The notes under the pieces were generated by a model, which searched no databases, was not told the origin of the DNA, and saw nothing but the letters and a program-made list of their open reading frames with translations. A stretch of DNA of 63,938 bases, the filler included. It is 6 parts of 6 records of this genome, joined end to end, with 100 filler letters (N's around TTAATTAATTAA, not from the genome) between each part and the next. Parts side by side here need not be neighbours in the genome. Positions count along the whole stretch, not along the records: positions 16,101 to 23,747 come from SRR20825019_1165; positions 23,848 to 34,136 come from SRR20825019_1170; 4 more parts are not named here. One strand, 5' to 3'. Positions 19,583 through 29,776 of this stretch are shown here, piece by piece. Position 1 is the stretch's first letter. The number at the start of each line of letters is the position of its first letter. The position numbers and the translations under genes are program-made.

Positions 19583-21004
19583 ATGACAGCCGGCATTTCA
19601 GGCGATGACGAGCTGTGCTGGGCGCGTGTGCGGGGCAGACTCCGGACCGAGCTCGGTGACGCGGTTTTCCGGAACTGGCTGAAACCGCTGACTTTCGAGG
19701 GTATCGACGAAGGCACGGCGATCATGCGGGCGCCGAGCCCCTTTGTCCGTGACCGGGTCCGGTCGCAATATTCCGACCGCTTGCGGGCGATCTGGTCGGT
19801 CGAACATACCGATGTGAAATCCATTGCCATCTTCGCGTCCAGCCGGGGCCGCTCCGAGAGCAGCCGGGATGAGGCGGCGGATGCTGCAATTGAGACGGAC
19901 ATGCCGGAACCGGCGCCGCGCCCCGCCGCGCTGAGAGCGCCCGCTGTTCATGGCTCTTCCGGCTCGGACGAGCGCCCGGATTTCGAGGCGCCGCTTGATC
20001 CGCGCTTCACTTTCGACAATTTCGTCGTCGGCAAGCCGAACGAGCTGGCCTTCGCCGCCGCGCGCCGGGTTGCCGAGAGCGAGACGGTGCCGTTCAATCC
20101 GCTGTTCCTCTATGGCGGTGTCGGTCTTGGTAAGACCCACCTGATGCACGCCATCGCCTGGCATGTCCGGCAGCGGCATCCGAACAGGCGGGTGATTTAT
20201 CTCTCCGCCGAAAAATTCATGTACCAGTTCATCCGGGCCCTGCGTTTCCGTGACACGGTTTCGTTCAAGGAGCAGTTCCGGTCGGTCGATCTGTTGATGA
20301 TCGACGATGTGCAGTTCATCAGCGGCAAGGATTCCACCCAGGAAGAGTTTTTCCACACCTTCAACGCGCTGGTGGACCAGAACCGCCAGGTGGTGATTTC
20401 CGCCGACAAGTCGCCGACCGACCTCGAAGGCATGGAGGAGCGTCTGCGGTCGCGCCTCGGCTGGGGGCTGGTTGCCGATATCCATCCGACCAACTACGAG
20501 CTGCGCCTCGGGATCATGCAGTCCAAGGCCGAGCGTCTCGGCGTCGAGATGCCGGAGAAGGTGCTCGAATTCCTGTCCCACAAGATCTCCTCCAATGTCC
20601 GCGAGCTTGAGGGCGCGCTGAACCGGATCGTCGCCCATTCGACGCTGGTCGGCCGGGATATTTCGCTGGAGATGACCCAGGAGGTTCTGGCCGATCTGCT
20701 GCGCGCCAATGACCGCCGGGTGACGGTCGAGGAAATCCAGCGCCAGGTGGCCAACCATTTCCAGATCAGGCTTTCGGAGATGCATTCGGCGCGCCGTTCC
20801 CGCGCGATTGCCCGGCCCCGGCAGGTGGCGATGTATCTGTCCAAGCAGCTGACCTCGCAGTCACTGCCGGATATTGGCCGGAAATTCGGCGGCCGGGATC
20901 ATACGACGGTGCTGCACGCGGTGCGAAAAGTCGAGGAACTGCGCGGCCTGGACAAGCAATTCAACGACGATGTCGACCTGCTCCGCCGCATGCTGGAATC
21001 GTGA
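19583..21004 (+). CDS. dnaA: Chromosomal replication initiator DnaA
   Basis: GGVGLGKTHL, IDDVQF and FGGRDHTTV. GGAGG precedes ATG 19583. Confidence 0.97.
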   Translation: MTAGISGDDELCWARVRGRLRTELGDAVFRNWLKPLTFEGIDEGTAIMRAPSPFVRDRVRSQYSDRLRAIWSVEHTDVKSIAIFASSRGRSESSRDEAADAAIETDMPEPAPRPAALRAPAVHGSSGSDERPDFEAPLDPRFTFDNFVVGKPNELAFAAARRVAESETVPFNPLFLYGGVGLGKTHLMHAIAWHVRQRHPNRRVIYLSAEKFMYQFIRALRFRDTVSFKEQFRSVDLLMIDDVQFISGKDSTQEEFFHTFNALVDQNRQVVISADKSPTDLEGMEERLRSRLGWGLVADIHPTNYELRLGIMQSKAERLGVEMPEKVLEFLSHKISSNVRELEGALNRIVAHSTLVGRDISLEMTQEVLADLLRANDRRVTVEEIQRQVANHFQIRLSEMHSARRSRAIARPRQVAMYLSKQLTSQSLPDIGRKFGGRDHTTVLHAVRKVEELRGLDKQFNDDVDLLRRMLES

Positions 21005-21189
21005 TCTTTCGGGGCTGGCTCGGGCGCCGTCCGTAATGGGTCAGCAGCACGAACTTTTTTGCCTTTGAAACTACCGCAAGCGCGATGCACTTGTGCTATA
21101 GTTTCATGCGCTTGTCTCATGCGGAGGCGCTCGCTCGCCGCTGGGTCGGCGATTGGGGGATCAACTTTCCAGCCGATAAGTAGAAGAAT

Positions 21190-22308
21190 ATGAAAATCGT
21201 TATTGATCGCGCGGCTTTGCTTAAGCCTCTCGGACACGTCCAAAGTGTTGTGGAACGCCGGAATACGATCCCGATCCTGTCAAATGTGCTGTTGAAAGCG
21301 CAGGACGGGCGGCTCGGTCTGAGCACGACCGACATGGACATGGATATTGTCGAATCCGTGGCCTGCGATGTGTCGGAAGCCGGGATCGTGACGGTGCCGG
21401 CCCATACCCTCTACGATATCGTCCGCAAGCTGCCCGATGGATCGGATGTCGAGCTTGCCGCCGCTGGCGATGTCAGCCGCGTGACGATCCGCGCCGGCCG
21501 CTCGAATTTCTCGCTTCCCGCTCTAATGCCGGAGGAATTTCCGGCGCTCAGCGGCGATGCGCTGCCCCACAGCTTCGTCATCAGCGCGGCGGATTTCTGC
21601 ATGCTGATCGACCGGAGCCGGTTCGCGATCTCCACCGAGGAGACCCGCTATTACCTGAATGGTATTTTCCTGCACGCGGCGGAAGCCGACGGCGTCAAGG
21701 TGCTGCGCGCGGTGGCGACCGACGGTCATCGTCTGGCCCGGGTACAGATGCCGCTGCCCGAAGGCGCGGCGGACATGCCCGGCGTGATCGTGCCGCGCAA
21801 GGCGGTGAACGAGATCCGCAAGCTGATCGACGGTGTCGAGGGTGAGGTCACGATCTCGCTGTCGGACACCAAGCTCCGGGTTTCCTTCGAGGAAACGGTT
21901 GTCACCACCAAGCTGATCGACGGGACGTTCCCGGATTATGAGCGGGTGATCCCGAGCGGTAACGACAAGATGCTGCATGTCGACCGGCAGCGCTTCTCCG
22001 AAGCGGTGGACCGCGTGGCGACGATCTCCACGGAAAAATCCCGGTCGGTGAAACTTGCCGTCACCAGCGGCCAGTTGACCCTTTCCGCCAGCAGCCCGGA
22101 CAACGGGACCGCGCAGGAAGAGGTCGAGGTCGATTACAGCGCGAGCGATATCGAGATCGGTTTCAATTCCAAGTACCTTCTGGACATCACCAGCCAGATC
22201 GAGGGGGAGCGGGCGATCTTCCAGCTCGCCGACCAGGCCTCGCCGACAATCATCCTCGACCAGGATGATGAAAGCGCGCTTTACGTGCTGATGCCGATGC
22301 GCGTCTGA
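21190..22308 (+). CDS. dnaN: DNA polymerase III beta clamp
   Basis: TIPILSNVLL, ATDGHRL, FPDYERVIP and VLMPMR. Confidence 0.97.
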   Translation: MKIVIDRAALLKPLGHVQSVVERRNTIPILSNVLLKAQDGRLGLSTTDMDMDIVESVACDVSEAGIVTVPAHTLYDIVRKLPDGSDVELAAAGDVSRVTIRAGRSNFSLPALMPEEFPALSGDALPHSFVISAADFCMLIDRSRFAISTEETRYYLNGIFLHAAEADGVKVLRAVATDGHRLARVQMPLPEGAADMPGVIVPRKAVNEIRKLIDGVEGEVTISLSDTKLRVSFEETVVTTKLIDGTFPDYERVIPSGNDKMLHVDRQRFSEAVDRVATISTEKSRSVKLAVTSGQLTLSASSPDNGTAQEEVEVDYSASDIEIGFNSKYLLDITSQIEGERAIFQLADQASPTIILDQDDESALYVLMPMRV

Positions 22309-22376
22309 GGACCGCCCGGTCCAGGGTAACAAGGCCAGCACGAACGGAAATGTTGAACGCATTGCGAAACACGGAC

Positions 22377-23567
22377 ATGTCCCGAACGACGCCCGCACCG
22401 GTGCCGACCAGCACCGGACGGGTCTCGCCGCGCGTCAGCCGCCTGTCCGTGACCGCGTTTCGCAATTATGGCGCGGCCCGGATGGATGTTTCGTCTTCGG
22501 CGATCGTGCTGACCGGACCGAATGGCGCCGGCAAGACCAATTTGCTTGAGGCGGTTTCTTTCCTGACCCCCGGGCGCGGCCTGCGCCGGGCCAGGATCTC
22601 CGAGGTCGGGCGGGCCGCGGCCGATGGAAGCAACGCCGCCTGGGCCGTTTCGGCCGAGGTTGGCGGCATGATCGGCTCCGTGCAGATCGGCACCGGCCGC
22701 GATCCGGGACCCGAGGGCACCGGCCGTGACGGTGGCGAGAAACGTCTGGTGCGGATCGACGGTGTGCCGGCGAAGAGCCAGACCGTGCTGGCCGAGCATC
22801 TGGCGGTTTCCTGGCTGACACCGCAGATGGACCGGTTGTTCATCGAGGGCTCCTCGAACCGGCGGCGCTTTCTGGATCGGCTGGTTTATGCCTTCGATCC
22901 GGATCATGCGACGCGGGTGAATGCCTATACCCATGCGCTGCGCGAACGGGCGCGGCTGCTGCGGAACGGCACACGGGACCGTGCCTGGTTCGCGGCGCTT
23001 GAAGAATCCATCGCTGAAAAGGCGGTTGCCATCGCCGCCGCCCGGGCGGGACTTGTGGCGCGGCTGAATACGGTGACGGCGGCGGGCTCGGGCCCCTTTC
23101 CGGGAGCCGAGCTCAGCCTTGACGGATATGTCGAGACGGAGATTGCCAACCGCCCGGCGCTTGCGGTCGAGGATGAGCTGAAGGCGCGGCTGGAAAAGGC
23201 CCGGCGCCTCGACGGCAGCGAGCCGGCGGCTGTTCCGGGCCCGCATCGCAGCGACCTCGAGGTCCGGCATATGACCAAGGGCATGATGGCGCCGCATTGC
23301 TCCACGGGGGAGCAGAAAGCGCTGCTGATTGCCATCGTGCTCGGCCATGCAAGGCTGGGCGCGTATGAAACCGGCGCGGTTCCCGTGCTGTTGCTGGACG
23401 AGGTGGCTGCCCATCTCGACAGCGGCCGCCGGGCTGCGCTTTACGATATTCTCCTCGCGCTTGGCGGGCAGGTCTGGATGACCGGCACCGACCGGGCGCT
23501 GTTCGCGTCCCTTGAGGGCGCAGGCCAGTTCTTTGCCGTTGAAGACGGCGAAGTGCGGGCCGATTGA
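22377..23567 (+). CDS. recF: DNA replication/repair protein RecF
   Basis: GPNGAGKTN, GPHRSDL, STGEQK and LLLDEVAAHLD. Confidence 0.95.
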   Translation: MSRTTPAPVPTSTGRVSPRVSRLSVTAFRNYGAARMDVSSSAIVLTGPNGAGKTNLLEAVSFLTPGRGLRRARISEVGRAAADGSNAAWAVSAEVGGMIGSVQIGTGRDPGPEGTGRDGGEKRLVRIDGVPAKSQTVLAEHLAVSWLTPQMDRLFIEGSSNRRRFLDRLVYAFDPDHATRVNAYTHALRERARLLRNGTRDRAWFAALEESIAEKAVAIAAARAGLVARLNTVTAAGSGPFPGAELSLDGYVETEIANRPALAVEDELKARLEKARRLDGSEPAAVPGPHRSDLEVRHMTKGMMAPHCSTGEQKALLIAIVLGHARLGAYETGAVPVLLLDEVAAHLDSGRRAALYDILLALGGQVWMTGTDRALFASLEGAGQFFAVEDGEVRAD

Positions 23568-23591
23568 TCACCTGAAGGACTAGGAGCCGAC

Positions 23592-23747
23592 ATGGCACAA
23601 GATGATCTTCCGGAAGAAAACGGCGTGACCAGCGAAGACGCTGAATATGGCGCCGAGTCGATCAAGGTCCTGCGCGGCCTTGATGCGGTCCGGAAGCGGC
23701 CGGGCATGTATATCGGTGACACCGACGACGGCTCGGGCCTGCACCAC
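23592..23747 (+). CDS. gyrB: DNA gyrase subunit B, N-terminal fragment
   Basis: [34 protein letters not shown]. Confidence 0.96.
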
Positions 23748-23847
23748 NNNNNNNNNNNNNNNNNNNNNNNNNNNNNNNNNNNNNNNNNNNNTTAATTAAT
23801 TAANNNNNNNNNNNNNNNNNNNNNNNNNNNNNNNNNNNNNNNNNNNN
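23748..23847. other. Artificial contig spacer
   Basis: Same N44-TTAATTAATTAA-N44 linker. Confidence 0.98.
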
Positions 23848-23848
23848 G

Positions 23849-24517
23849 GTGGTGGCGCCGGAGCATGATCGCAGTGGCGCCGGGCAGAGCATCTCCATTC
23901 ACGACCCGCTGCGGGTGTATGAAAACGGTGAGAAACGCTACGCCGTGTCCGGTACGCCCGCAGACTGTGTGTTGTACTCGCTGGCCCATTGGTTTGGTGA
24001 TAACCCGCCGGATCTGGTGCTGTCCGGTGTGAACTGCGGCGCCAATATCAGTGATTCGGTGCAGTACTCCGGAACCGTGGGCGCGGTGCTCAGCGCCGAA
24101 CATATGGGCATACCCGCCATTGCGCTGAGCCAGGCCTTCCTGAGCCGGGAAGGCGTTGACTGGTCGCCGGTGTCGGCGTTCGGGGAGCAGGTAATCCGCA
24201 AGCTCTGGCAACCGGGCGAAAACCGGGCCTGGAATGTGAACTTTCCGGCCTGCGACGCCGGTGTGATCCGGCAAGCGCAATGGTGCAACCAATCCACCGG
24301 CTCCATTCAGCGGCCCCGCCTGCTGGCAGGGCAGGATGCCCGTAGCCTGCCTTATTGGTGGCTGGGGTTCGATCGCAGTTCCCGGCACATTACGGCACCG
24401 GATGAAGACGTCACCGTGCTGCGGGAAAAAGCCATTGCGATAACGCCATTGCGTCACCGGGAAGCCCTGCCCGGTGGTACTGGAATATTCGATCTGGCCG
24501 CCGCTGCGGCTCACTGA
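23849..24517 (+). CDS. surE: SurE-family nucleotidase/phosphatase, 5'-truncated
   Basis: VAPEHDRSGAG, GTPADCV, SGVNCGAN, YSGTVGA and NVNFP. Confidence 0.88.
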   Translation: MVAPEHDRSGAGQSISIHDPLRVYENGEKRYAVSGTPADCVLYSLAHWFGDNPPDLVLSGVNCGANISDSVQYSGTVGAVLSAEHMGIPAIALSQAFLSREGVDWSPVSAFGEQVIRKLWQPGENRAWNVNFPACDAGVIRQAQWCNQSTGSIQRPRLLAGQDARSLPYWWLGFDRSSRHITAPDEDVTVLREKAIAITPLRHREALPGGTGIFDLAAAAAH

Positions 24518-24530
24518 ATTGACTGAGGGG

Positions 24531-26207
24531 ATGACAACAATGACATTTACACGCCACCACAGCGTCTGGCCAAAAGAGTTACCAAAGAGCATGACGCTGC
24601 CTGACACCAGCGTTTTCACCAACCTGCAAATATCTGCCCTGCGGTATCCGGACCATACAGCGACCATCTACTACGATGCGCCCATGAGCTACAGGCAGCT
24701 GCTGACGGAAGTGGAAGCGATGGCCGGCTATCTTCAGGCTCAAGGAGTGAAGAAAGGTGACCGTGTTCTGCTCTACATGCAGAACTCCCCCCAGTATGCC
24801 ATTGCCTACTACGCCATACTGCGAGCCGACGCCGTGGTGATTCCGGTGAATCCGATGAACCGGGCTGCAGAGCTGGAACACTACATTGCCGATACCGGTT
24901 CGAGGGTGTGCCTGGCCGGTCAGGAACTGGCCGGCTTTATCCTGCCGATGCTGGACAGCACGGATCTTGAACGGGTGGTGGTGGCGTCCTATAACACCTA
25001 CATCAATAAGGACACCGACCTGGATTTGCCGGCAGAGGTGGCCGCCCCGGCCTGGTCCAAAGACGTTCCCGGCGTGGTGAGCTGGGAGCAGGCGCTGGCC
25101 GGGAATCACAAGCCGGCAGAGCACACCGCAGGCCCGGACGACCTGGCGGTGATTCCCTACAGTTCCGGGACCACCGGCGCGCCCAAGGGATGCATGCATA
25201 CGCACCGCAGTGTCATGGCCACAGCGGTTCACCGGGCGTTCTGGAATCTGAGCACCGCCAACACTGTCCAATTGGCGACGTTGCCGTTCTTCCACGTGAC
25301 CGGTATGACCGGCTCCATGAACAGCCCCATCTACAGTGGTTCAACTACCATCATTATGACGCGCTGGGATCGCACAACCGCCGCCCGGCTGATAGAACGT
25401 TACCAGGTCACCGGCTGGACCAACATTGTCACCATGGCGGTGGATTTTCTGTCGAATCCGGACATCGGGCAATACGAGCTTTCCAGCCTCAACACCATTG
25501 GCGGTGGTGGAGCGGCAATGCCGGAAGCGGTGGCTGCCAAGCTTAAAGCCATGACCGGCCTGGATTACATCGAGGGTTATGGCCTGTCGGAAACCATGGC
25601 CGCCACCCACATCAACCCGTCGGATCATCCCAAGCCCCAGTGCCTGGGTATTCCGGTATTCGATGTGGATAGCCGCATCATTGACGTTGAGACCCTGGAA
25701 GAGAAAGGCCCGGGCGAGGTGGGGGAGATTGTTTCCAATGGTCCTCAGGTAACCCAGGGGTACTGGCATCGCCCGGCTGAAACCGAGGCGGCGTTCGTGG
25801 ACATCGACGGCAAACGCTTTTTCCGCACCGGTGACCTCGCTTATTACGACGAAGAGGGCTATTTCTTCATGGTGGACCGGGTCAAACGGATGATCAACGC
25901 ATCAGGCTTCAAGGTGTGGCCCTCGGAAGTGGAAGGATTGATGTACCGGCATCCGGCCATCCACGAAGTGTGTGTCATTTCATCGCCCCACCCCAAACGC
26001 GGTGAGACTGTGAAAGCCTGCATCGTACTGACGCCGGATGCGGAGACCAGTACCACCGAAGCGGACATCGTCAGTTGGTGTAAGGAGCAGATGGCTGCCT
26101 ACAAAGTGCCAGAAATCATCGAGTTCGTGGATGAGTTGCCGAAATCACCCACGGGCAAGTTGATGTGGCGAGCGCTGCAGGAAGAAGAGTGGAAGGCTAA
26201 AGCCTAA
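24531..26207 (+). CDS. Long-chain fatty acid/acyl-CoA ligase
   Basis: YSSGTTGAPKG, GYGLSE, RTGD and KSPTGK adenylate-forming motifs. Confidence 0.94.
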   Translation: MTTMTFTRHHSVWPKELPKSMTLPDTSVFTNLQISALRYPDHTATIYYDAPMSYRQLLTEVEAMAGYLQAQGVKKGDRVLLYMQNSPQYAIAYYAILRADAVVIPVNPMNRAAELEHYIADTGSRVCLAGQELAGFILPMLDSTDLERVVVASYNTYINKDTDLDLPAEVAAPAWSKDVPGVVSWEQALAGNHKPAEHTAGPDDLAVIPYSSGTTGAPKGCMHTHRSVMATAVHRAFWNLSTANTVQLATLPFFHVTGMTGSMNSPIYSGSTTIIMTRWDRTTAARLIERYQVTGWTNIVTMAVDFLSNPDIGQYELSSLNTIGGGGAAMPEAVAAKLKAMTGLDYIEGYGLSETMAATHINPSDHPKPQCLGIPVFDVDSRIIDVETLEEKGPGEVGEIVSNGPQVTQGYWHRPAETEAAFVDIDGKRFFRTGDLAYYDEEGYFFMVDRVKRMINASGFKVWPSEVEGLMYRHPAIHEVCVISSPHPKRGETVKACIVLTPDAETSTTEADIVSWCKEQMAAYKVPEIIEFVDELPKSPTGKLMWRALQEEEWKAKA

Positions 26208-26224
26208 GCGTTAATTCATGCTTA

Positions 26225-26262
26225 TTATTCCGCACTGCGGAATAACGTTCTAAATATTGACA
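26225..26262 (+). promoter_or_regulatory. Perfect palindromic operator followed by a TTGACA -35 upstream of the ABC operon
   Basis: TTATTCCGCA-C-TGCGGAATAA (26225-26245) and TTGACA (26257-26262). Confidence 0.7.
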
Positions 26263-26368
26263 TACGAGACGTTCGGTGCAATTGTTTCATTAAGCTGATA
26301 GATGGGTCGCAAGGCCCTGCCCAAAACCGCATAACTCGCAACAACAACAAAACAGCGGAGGAGCACAC

Positions 26369-27232
26369 TTGAGCCTTTTTCTACAACAAATCATCAACGG
26401 GTTAACCCTGGGGAGTATCTACGGTCTCGTAGCCCTGGGCCTGACCCTGGTCTACGGGATACTTCATATCCCCAATTTCGCCCATGGCGCGCTCTATATG
26501 GTCGGGGCATTCATGTCCTACTTTTTCATGGTGGACCTGGGCGCGCACTACTGGATTGCCATGGCCGGTTCGGCCGCGGTGGTCGCTGTCCTGGCAATAC
26601 TGTGTGAGCGTCTGGTGTTCCACCCACTGAGGCATTCTCCACCGATCCACGACAAGATCGCCGCCATCGGTATTCTGCTGTTCCTGGAAGCGGTGGTGCA
26701 GATGTTCTGGGGATCGGACTTCCGCCGTATGTCATCGCCGTTTACCGGCATCCTGAATTTCGACGGACTGATTATTCCTGAGCAGCGCCTACTAATCATT
26801 GCGGGGGCGTTTGTGTTGGTGGTGGCCCTGCAACTCTTCCTGCGCAAGACCATGACGGGGGCGACCATTATCGCCATGGCGCAGAGCCGTGAAGGTGCCT
26901 TCCTGGTGGGCATTGATGCCAACCGGGTGGCGATGATGACGTTTGCGATTTCGGGCATGCTGGCCGCGTTTGCCGCCACACTCTATGCGCCCATCAATCT
27001 GGTGTATCCCGCCATGGGGCACCTGGTCATCATGAAAGCCTTCGTCATTATCATACTCGGTGGCATGGGTAGCGTGCCTGGCGCCATTGCCGGCGGCATG
27101 ATTATCGGTTTCGCTGAAGCCCTCGGCGGCTTTTACATCTCGACGTCCTATAAAGACATTATTGCCTTTGGTCTGCTGGTGCTGATTCTGTCAGTTCGTC
27201 CACAGGGCCTGTTCGCGAAGGGGGCGCACTGA
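26369..27232 (+). CDS. Branched-chain-amino-acid-type ABC permease (LivH-like)
   Basis: GSIYGLVALGLTLVYG...NFAHG and LGGMGS. Confidence 0.93.
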   Translation: MSLFLQQIINGLTLGSIYGLVALGLTLVYGILHIPNFAHGALYMVGAFMSYFFMVDLGAHYWIAMAGSAAVVAVLAILCERLVFHPLRHSPPIHDKIAAIGILLFLEAVVQMFWGSDFRRMSSPFTGILNFDGLIIPEQRLLIIAGAFVLVVALQLFLRKTMTGATIIAMAQSREGAFLVGIDANRVAMMTFAISGMLAAFAATLYAPINLVYPAMGHLVIMKAFVIIILGGMGSVPGAIAGGMIIGFAEALGGFYISTSYKDIIAFGLLVLILSVRPQGLFAKGAH

Positions 27233-27234
27233 TC

Positions 27235-28266
27235 ATGTTCAAAGTCGCTTCCCTGCTGATGACGCCAGCCGCCAAATACCTGATGCTGGCCTTCGCCATA
27301 CTGTTCCCGCTGGTCGCCGCGAATGAGTACCAGGTGTACGTGATGGCGACCGCCTTTGTCTGGGCGATCGCGGTCTACGGCCTGAACATCATTACCGGTT
27401 TTTGCGGCCAGCTGAACCTGGCCCACGGCGGTTTTTTTGCCATCGGAGCCTACACCCTTGGCCTGCTGACTGCCGACTATGGCTGGAGCTTCTGGCCGGC
27501 CTTCCTGGGTGCGCTGGTGATGACGGCGGTGCTCGGGTTTCTCGTGGGCATCGTCTCGTTGCGCCTGAAAGAGCATTACTTTGCGATATTCACCCTGTGT
27601 GTGGGCTTTATCATCTACCTGCTGATCGACAAGTGGGAAGAGCTGACCCATGGCGCCATCGGTGTCCGAGATATCGCCGCACCCTATGGCTTTGGGCTGG
27701 TGGACTTTACAGACACCACCCCGTTCTACTACCTGGTGCTGGCCTTCCTGGTGTTCGCAATCTGGTTCATGGGGCGTTTGTCCAAGTCCCTGCTGGGTCG
27801 TACCTTCATTGCCATCCGCAACGGTGATGAACTGGCCCAGTCCCTCGGGATCAACCTGATGCGTAATAAAGTCCTCGCCTTTGTACTGTCCACGACCTAT
27901 GCCGGCCTGGCAGGTGCCCTGTATGCCGGGATGGTCCGTTTCATCGGCCCGGAAGAGGCCAATATCAACCACACCTTCGACATGATCACCTATCTGCTGG
28001 TGGGCGGTATCGGCACCATTATGGGGCCGTTGCTGGGCACCGTGGGCATTGTGTGGATTACCCAGTCACTGCAGTTCCTGGAAGAGTACCGAATGATCAT
28101 TTTCGGGCCGCTGCTGGTGCTGTTGGTGATCTTCTTCCCCCGGGGCATTACCGGCTCCTTCCTGACCTGGATGCATCGCAAGTCCCAGGCACTGGCGCCT
28201 ACGAAAAAGCGCCAGGAGAACAAGGTCAACACCGCACAGAACCGGGAGGCAGAGAGCAATGCTTAA
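27235..28266 (+). CDS. ABC permease (LivM-like)
   Basis: GQLNLAHGGFFAIGAY and LVGGIGT. Confidence 0.93.
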   Translation: MFKVASLLMTPAAKYLMLAFAILFPLVAANEYQVYVMATAFVWAIAVYGLNIITGFCGQLNLAHGGFFAIGAYTLGLLTADYGWSFWPAFLGALVMTAVLGFLVGIVSLRLKEHYFAIFTLCVGFIIYLLIDKWEELTHGAIGVRDIAAPYGFGLVDFTDTTPFYYLVLAFLVFAIWFMGRLSKSLLGRTFIAIRNGDELAQSLGINLMRNKVLAFVLSTTYAGLAGALYAGMVRFIGPEEANINHTFDMITYLLVGGIGTIMGPLLGTVGIVWITQSLQFLEEYRMIIFGPLLVLLVIFFPRGITGSFLTWMHRKSQALAPTKKRQENKVNTAQNREAESNA

Positions 28267-29029
28267 GGTAGAAAACGTCACCAAAATGTTTGGCGGTCTG
28301 GCGGCGGTGAGCGATGTGTCGGTGGAGTTCGAAGCCGGCAGGATCAACGCCATTATCGGCCCCAACGGTGCTGGCAAGAGCACCTTTTTCAACCTTATTT
28401 CAGGCCTGTACCAGCCCACCTCCGGCCGTATCCTGCTGGACGGCGTGGACGTCACTAACCTGCCCAGCGACAGGGTCGCACGCCTGGGTGTGGGAAGGAC
28501 CTTCCAGACGACCAACCTGTTTGAGCAGGCAACCGTGCTGGACAACCTGATCGTGGGGCACCGGCTGCGGACGAAATCCGGCCTGTGGGACGTGCTGATC
28601 AACAGCAAACGCCTGCAACGTGAAGAGAAGGCGGCGCGGGACAAGGCCATGGAAGCCCTGGAATTTGTGGGCCTTGCCCACGTTGCCGGGCAGTTTATTG
28701 CCGACATCACCCAGGAAGAACGCAAGCGGGTGGCCTTTGCCCTGGCACTGGCGACCGACCCCAAGATCGTCCTGCTGGATGAGCCGGCGGCCGGGGTCAA
28801 TCCGGAAGAAACCGTCGGATTCGCCGCGCTGATGCGGAAAATGGTGGATGAAAAAGGACTCACCGTGTGCCTGATCGAGCACAAGATGGACATGATCATG
28901 AGCCTGGCAGACAAGATCATGGTGCTGGATCACGGTGAAAAGATTGCCGAGGGCACGCCGGAAGAAGTACGCAACAACCCGGTGGTGATCGAAGCCTATC
29001 TGGGAGGTGACGAAGATGCTGCAGCTTAA
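28259..29029 (+). CDS. ABC ATPase (LivG-like)
   Basis: GPNGAGKST, LLDEPAAG and IEH. Confidence 0.94.
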   Translation: MLKVENVTKMFGGLAAVSDVSVEFEAGRINAIIGPNGAGKSTFFNLISGLYQPTSGRILLDGVDVTNLPSDRVARLGVGRTFQTTNLFEQATVLDNLIVGHRLRTKSGLWDVLINSKRLQREEKAARDKAMEALEFVGLAHVAGQFIADITQEERKRVAFALALATDPKIVLLDEPAAGVNPEETVGFAALMRKMVDEKGLTVCLIEHKMDMIMSLADKIMVLDHGEKIAEGTPEEVRNNPVVIEAYLGGDEDAAA

Positions 29030-29723
29030 CCATGTCGACGTCTGCTATGGCAGCTTCAAGGCACTGACCGATATTTCGATGACGGTGGATGCCGGGGAGC
29101 TGGTTGTTCTACTCGGGGCCAATGGCGCCGGTAAAAGCAGCCTGTTCAATGCCATTAGTGGTCTGGTAAAGCCGACGGCCGGCGAGATCCAGTTCGAAGA
29201 CAAACAGCTCAACGGTATGAAAGCCAGCGCGGTCGTCGCCAGCGGCGTAGTGCAGTGTGCCGAAGGCCGAAAACTGTTTCCGCAGATGAGCGTCATGCAG
29301 AACCTGATGATGGGGGCCTACGTGCACCGACGTGATCGGCAGGGCAACCGCAAGCGCCTGAACGAAGTGTTGGAGCTGTTCCCGATCCTCGCAGACAAGG
29401 CCGATGAGCCTGCCGGATCTCTGTCCGGGGGGCAGCAACAGATGGTGGCCATCGGCCGCGCCATGATGAGCCGCCCCCGCTTGCTGATGCTGGATGAGCC
29501 ATCCCTTGGCCTGGCTCCCCTGGTGGTCAAGCAAGTGTTCGAAACCGTCAAACAAATCAACAGCCTGGGCACAACCGTGCTGTTGGCAGAGCAGAATGCG
29601 TTTGCGGCCCTGAAGATTGCCCACCGTGCTTATGTTATGGAGAACGGCCATCTGGTCATGGAAGGCGACCGGGAGACGATGCTGGGCAACGAACAGGTTC
29701 GCAAGGCGTATATCGGGGCCTGA
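29016..29723 (+). CDS. ABC ATPase (LivF-like)
   Basis: GANGAGKS, LSGGQQQM and LDEPSLGLAP. Confidence 0.94.
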   Translation: MLQLNHVDVCYGSFKALTDISMTVDAGELVVLLGANGAGKSSLFNAISGLVKPTAGEIQFEDKQLNGMKASAVVASGVVQCAEGRKLFPQMSVMQNLMMGAYVHRRDRQGNRKRLNEVLELFPILADKADEPAGSLSGGQQQMVAIGRAMMSRPRLLMLDEPSLGLAPLVVKQVFETVKQINSLGTTVLLAEQNAFAALKIAHRAYVMENGHLVMEGDRETMLGNEQVRKAYIGA

Positions 29724-29776
29724 CCGGCCTACAACAACAATCAGAGTGACACGCACAACACAACCAGGAGACAACA

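Noticed and set aside
18837-21189. oriC next to dnaA
   Set aside because: No TTATCCACA-type DnaA box cluster seen in either intergenic region.
19598-23414. Antisense ORFs of 395, 291 and 377 aa
   Set aside because: Shadows of dnaA, dnaN and recF.
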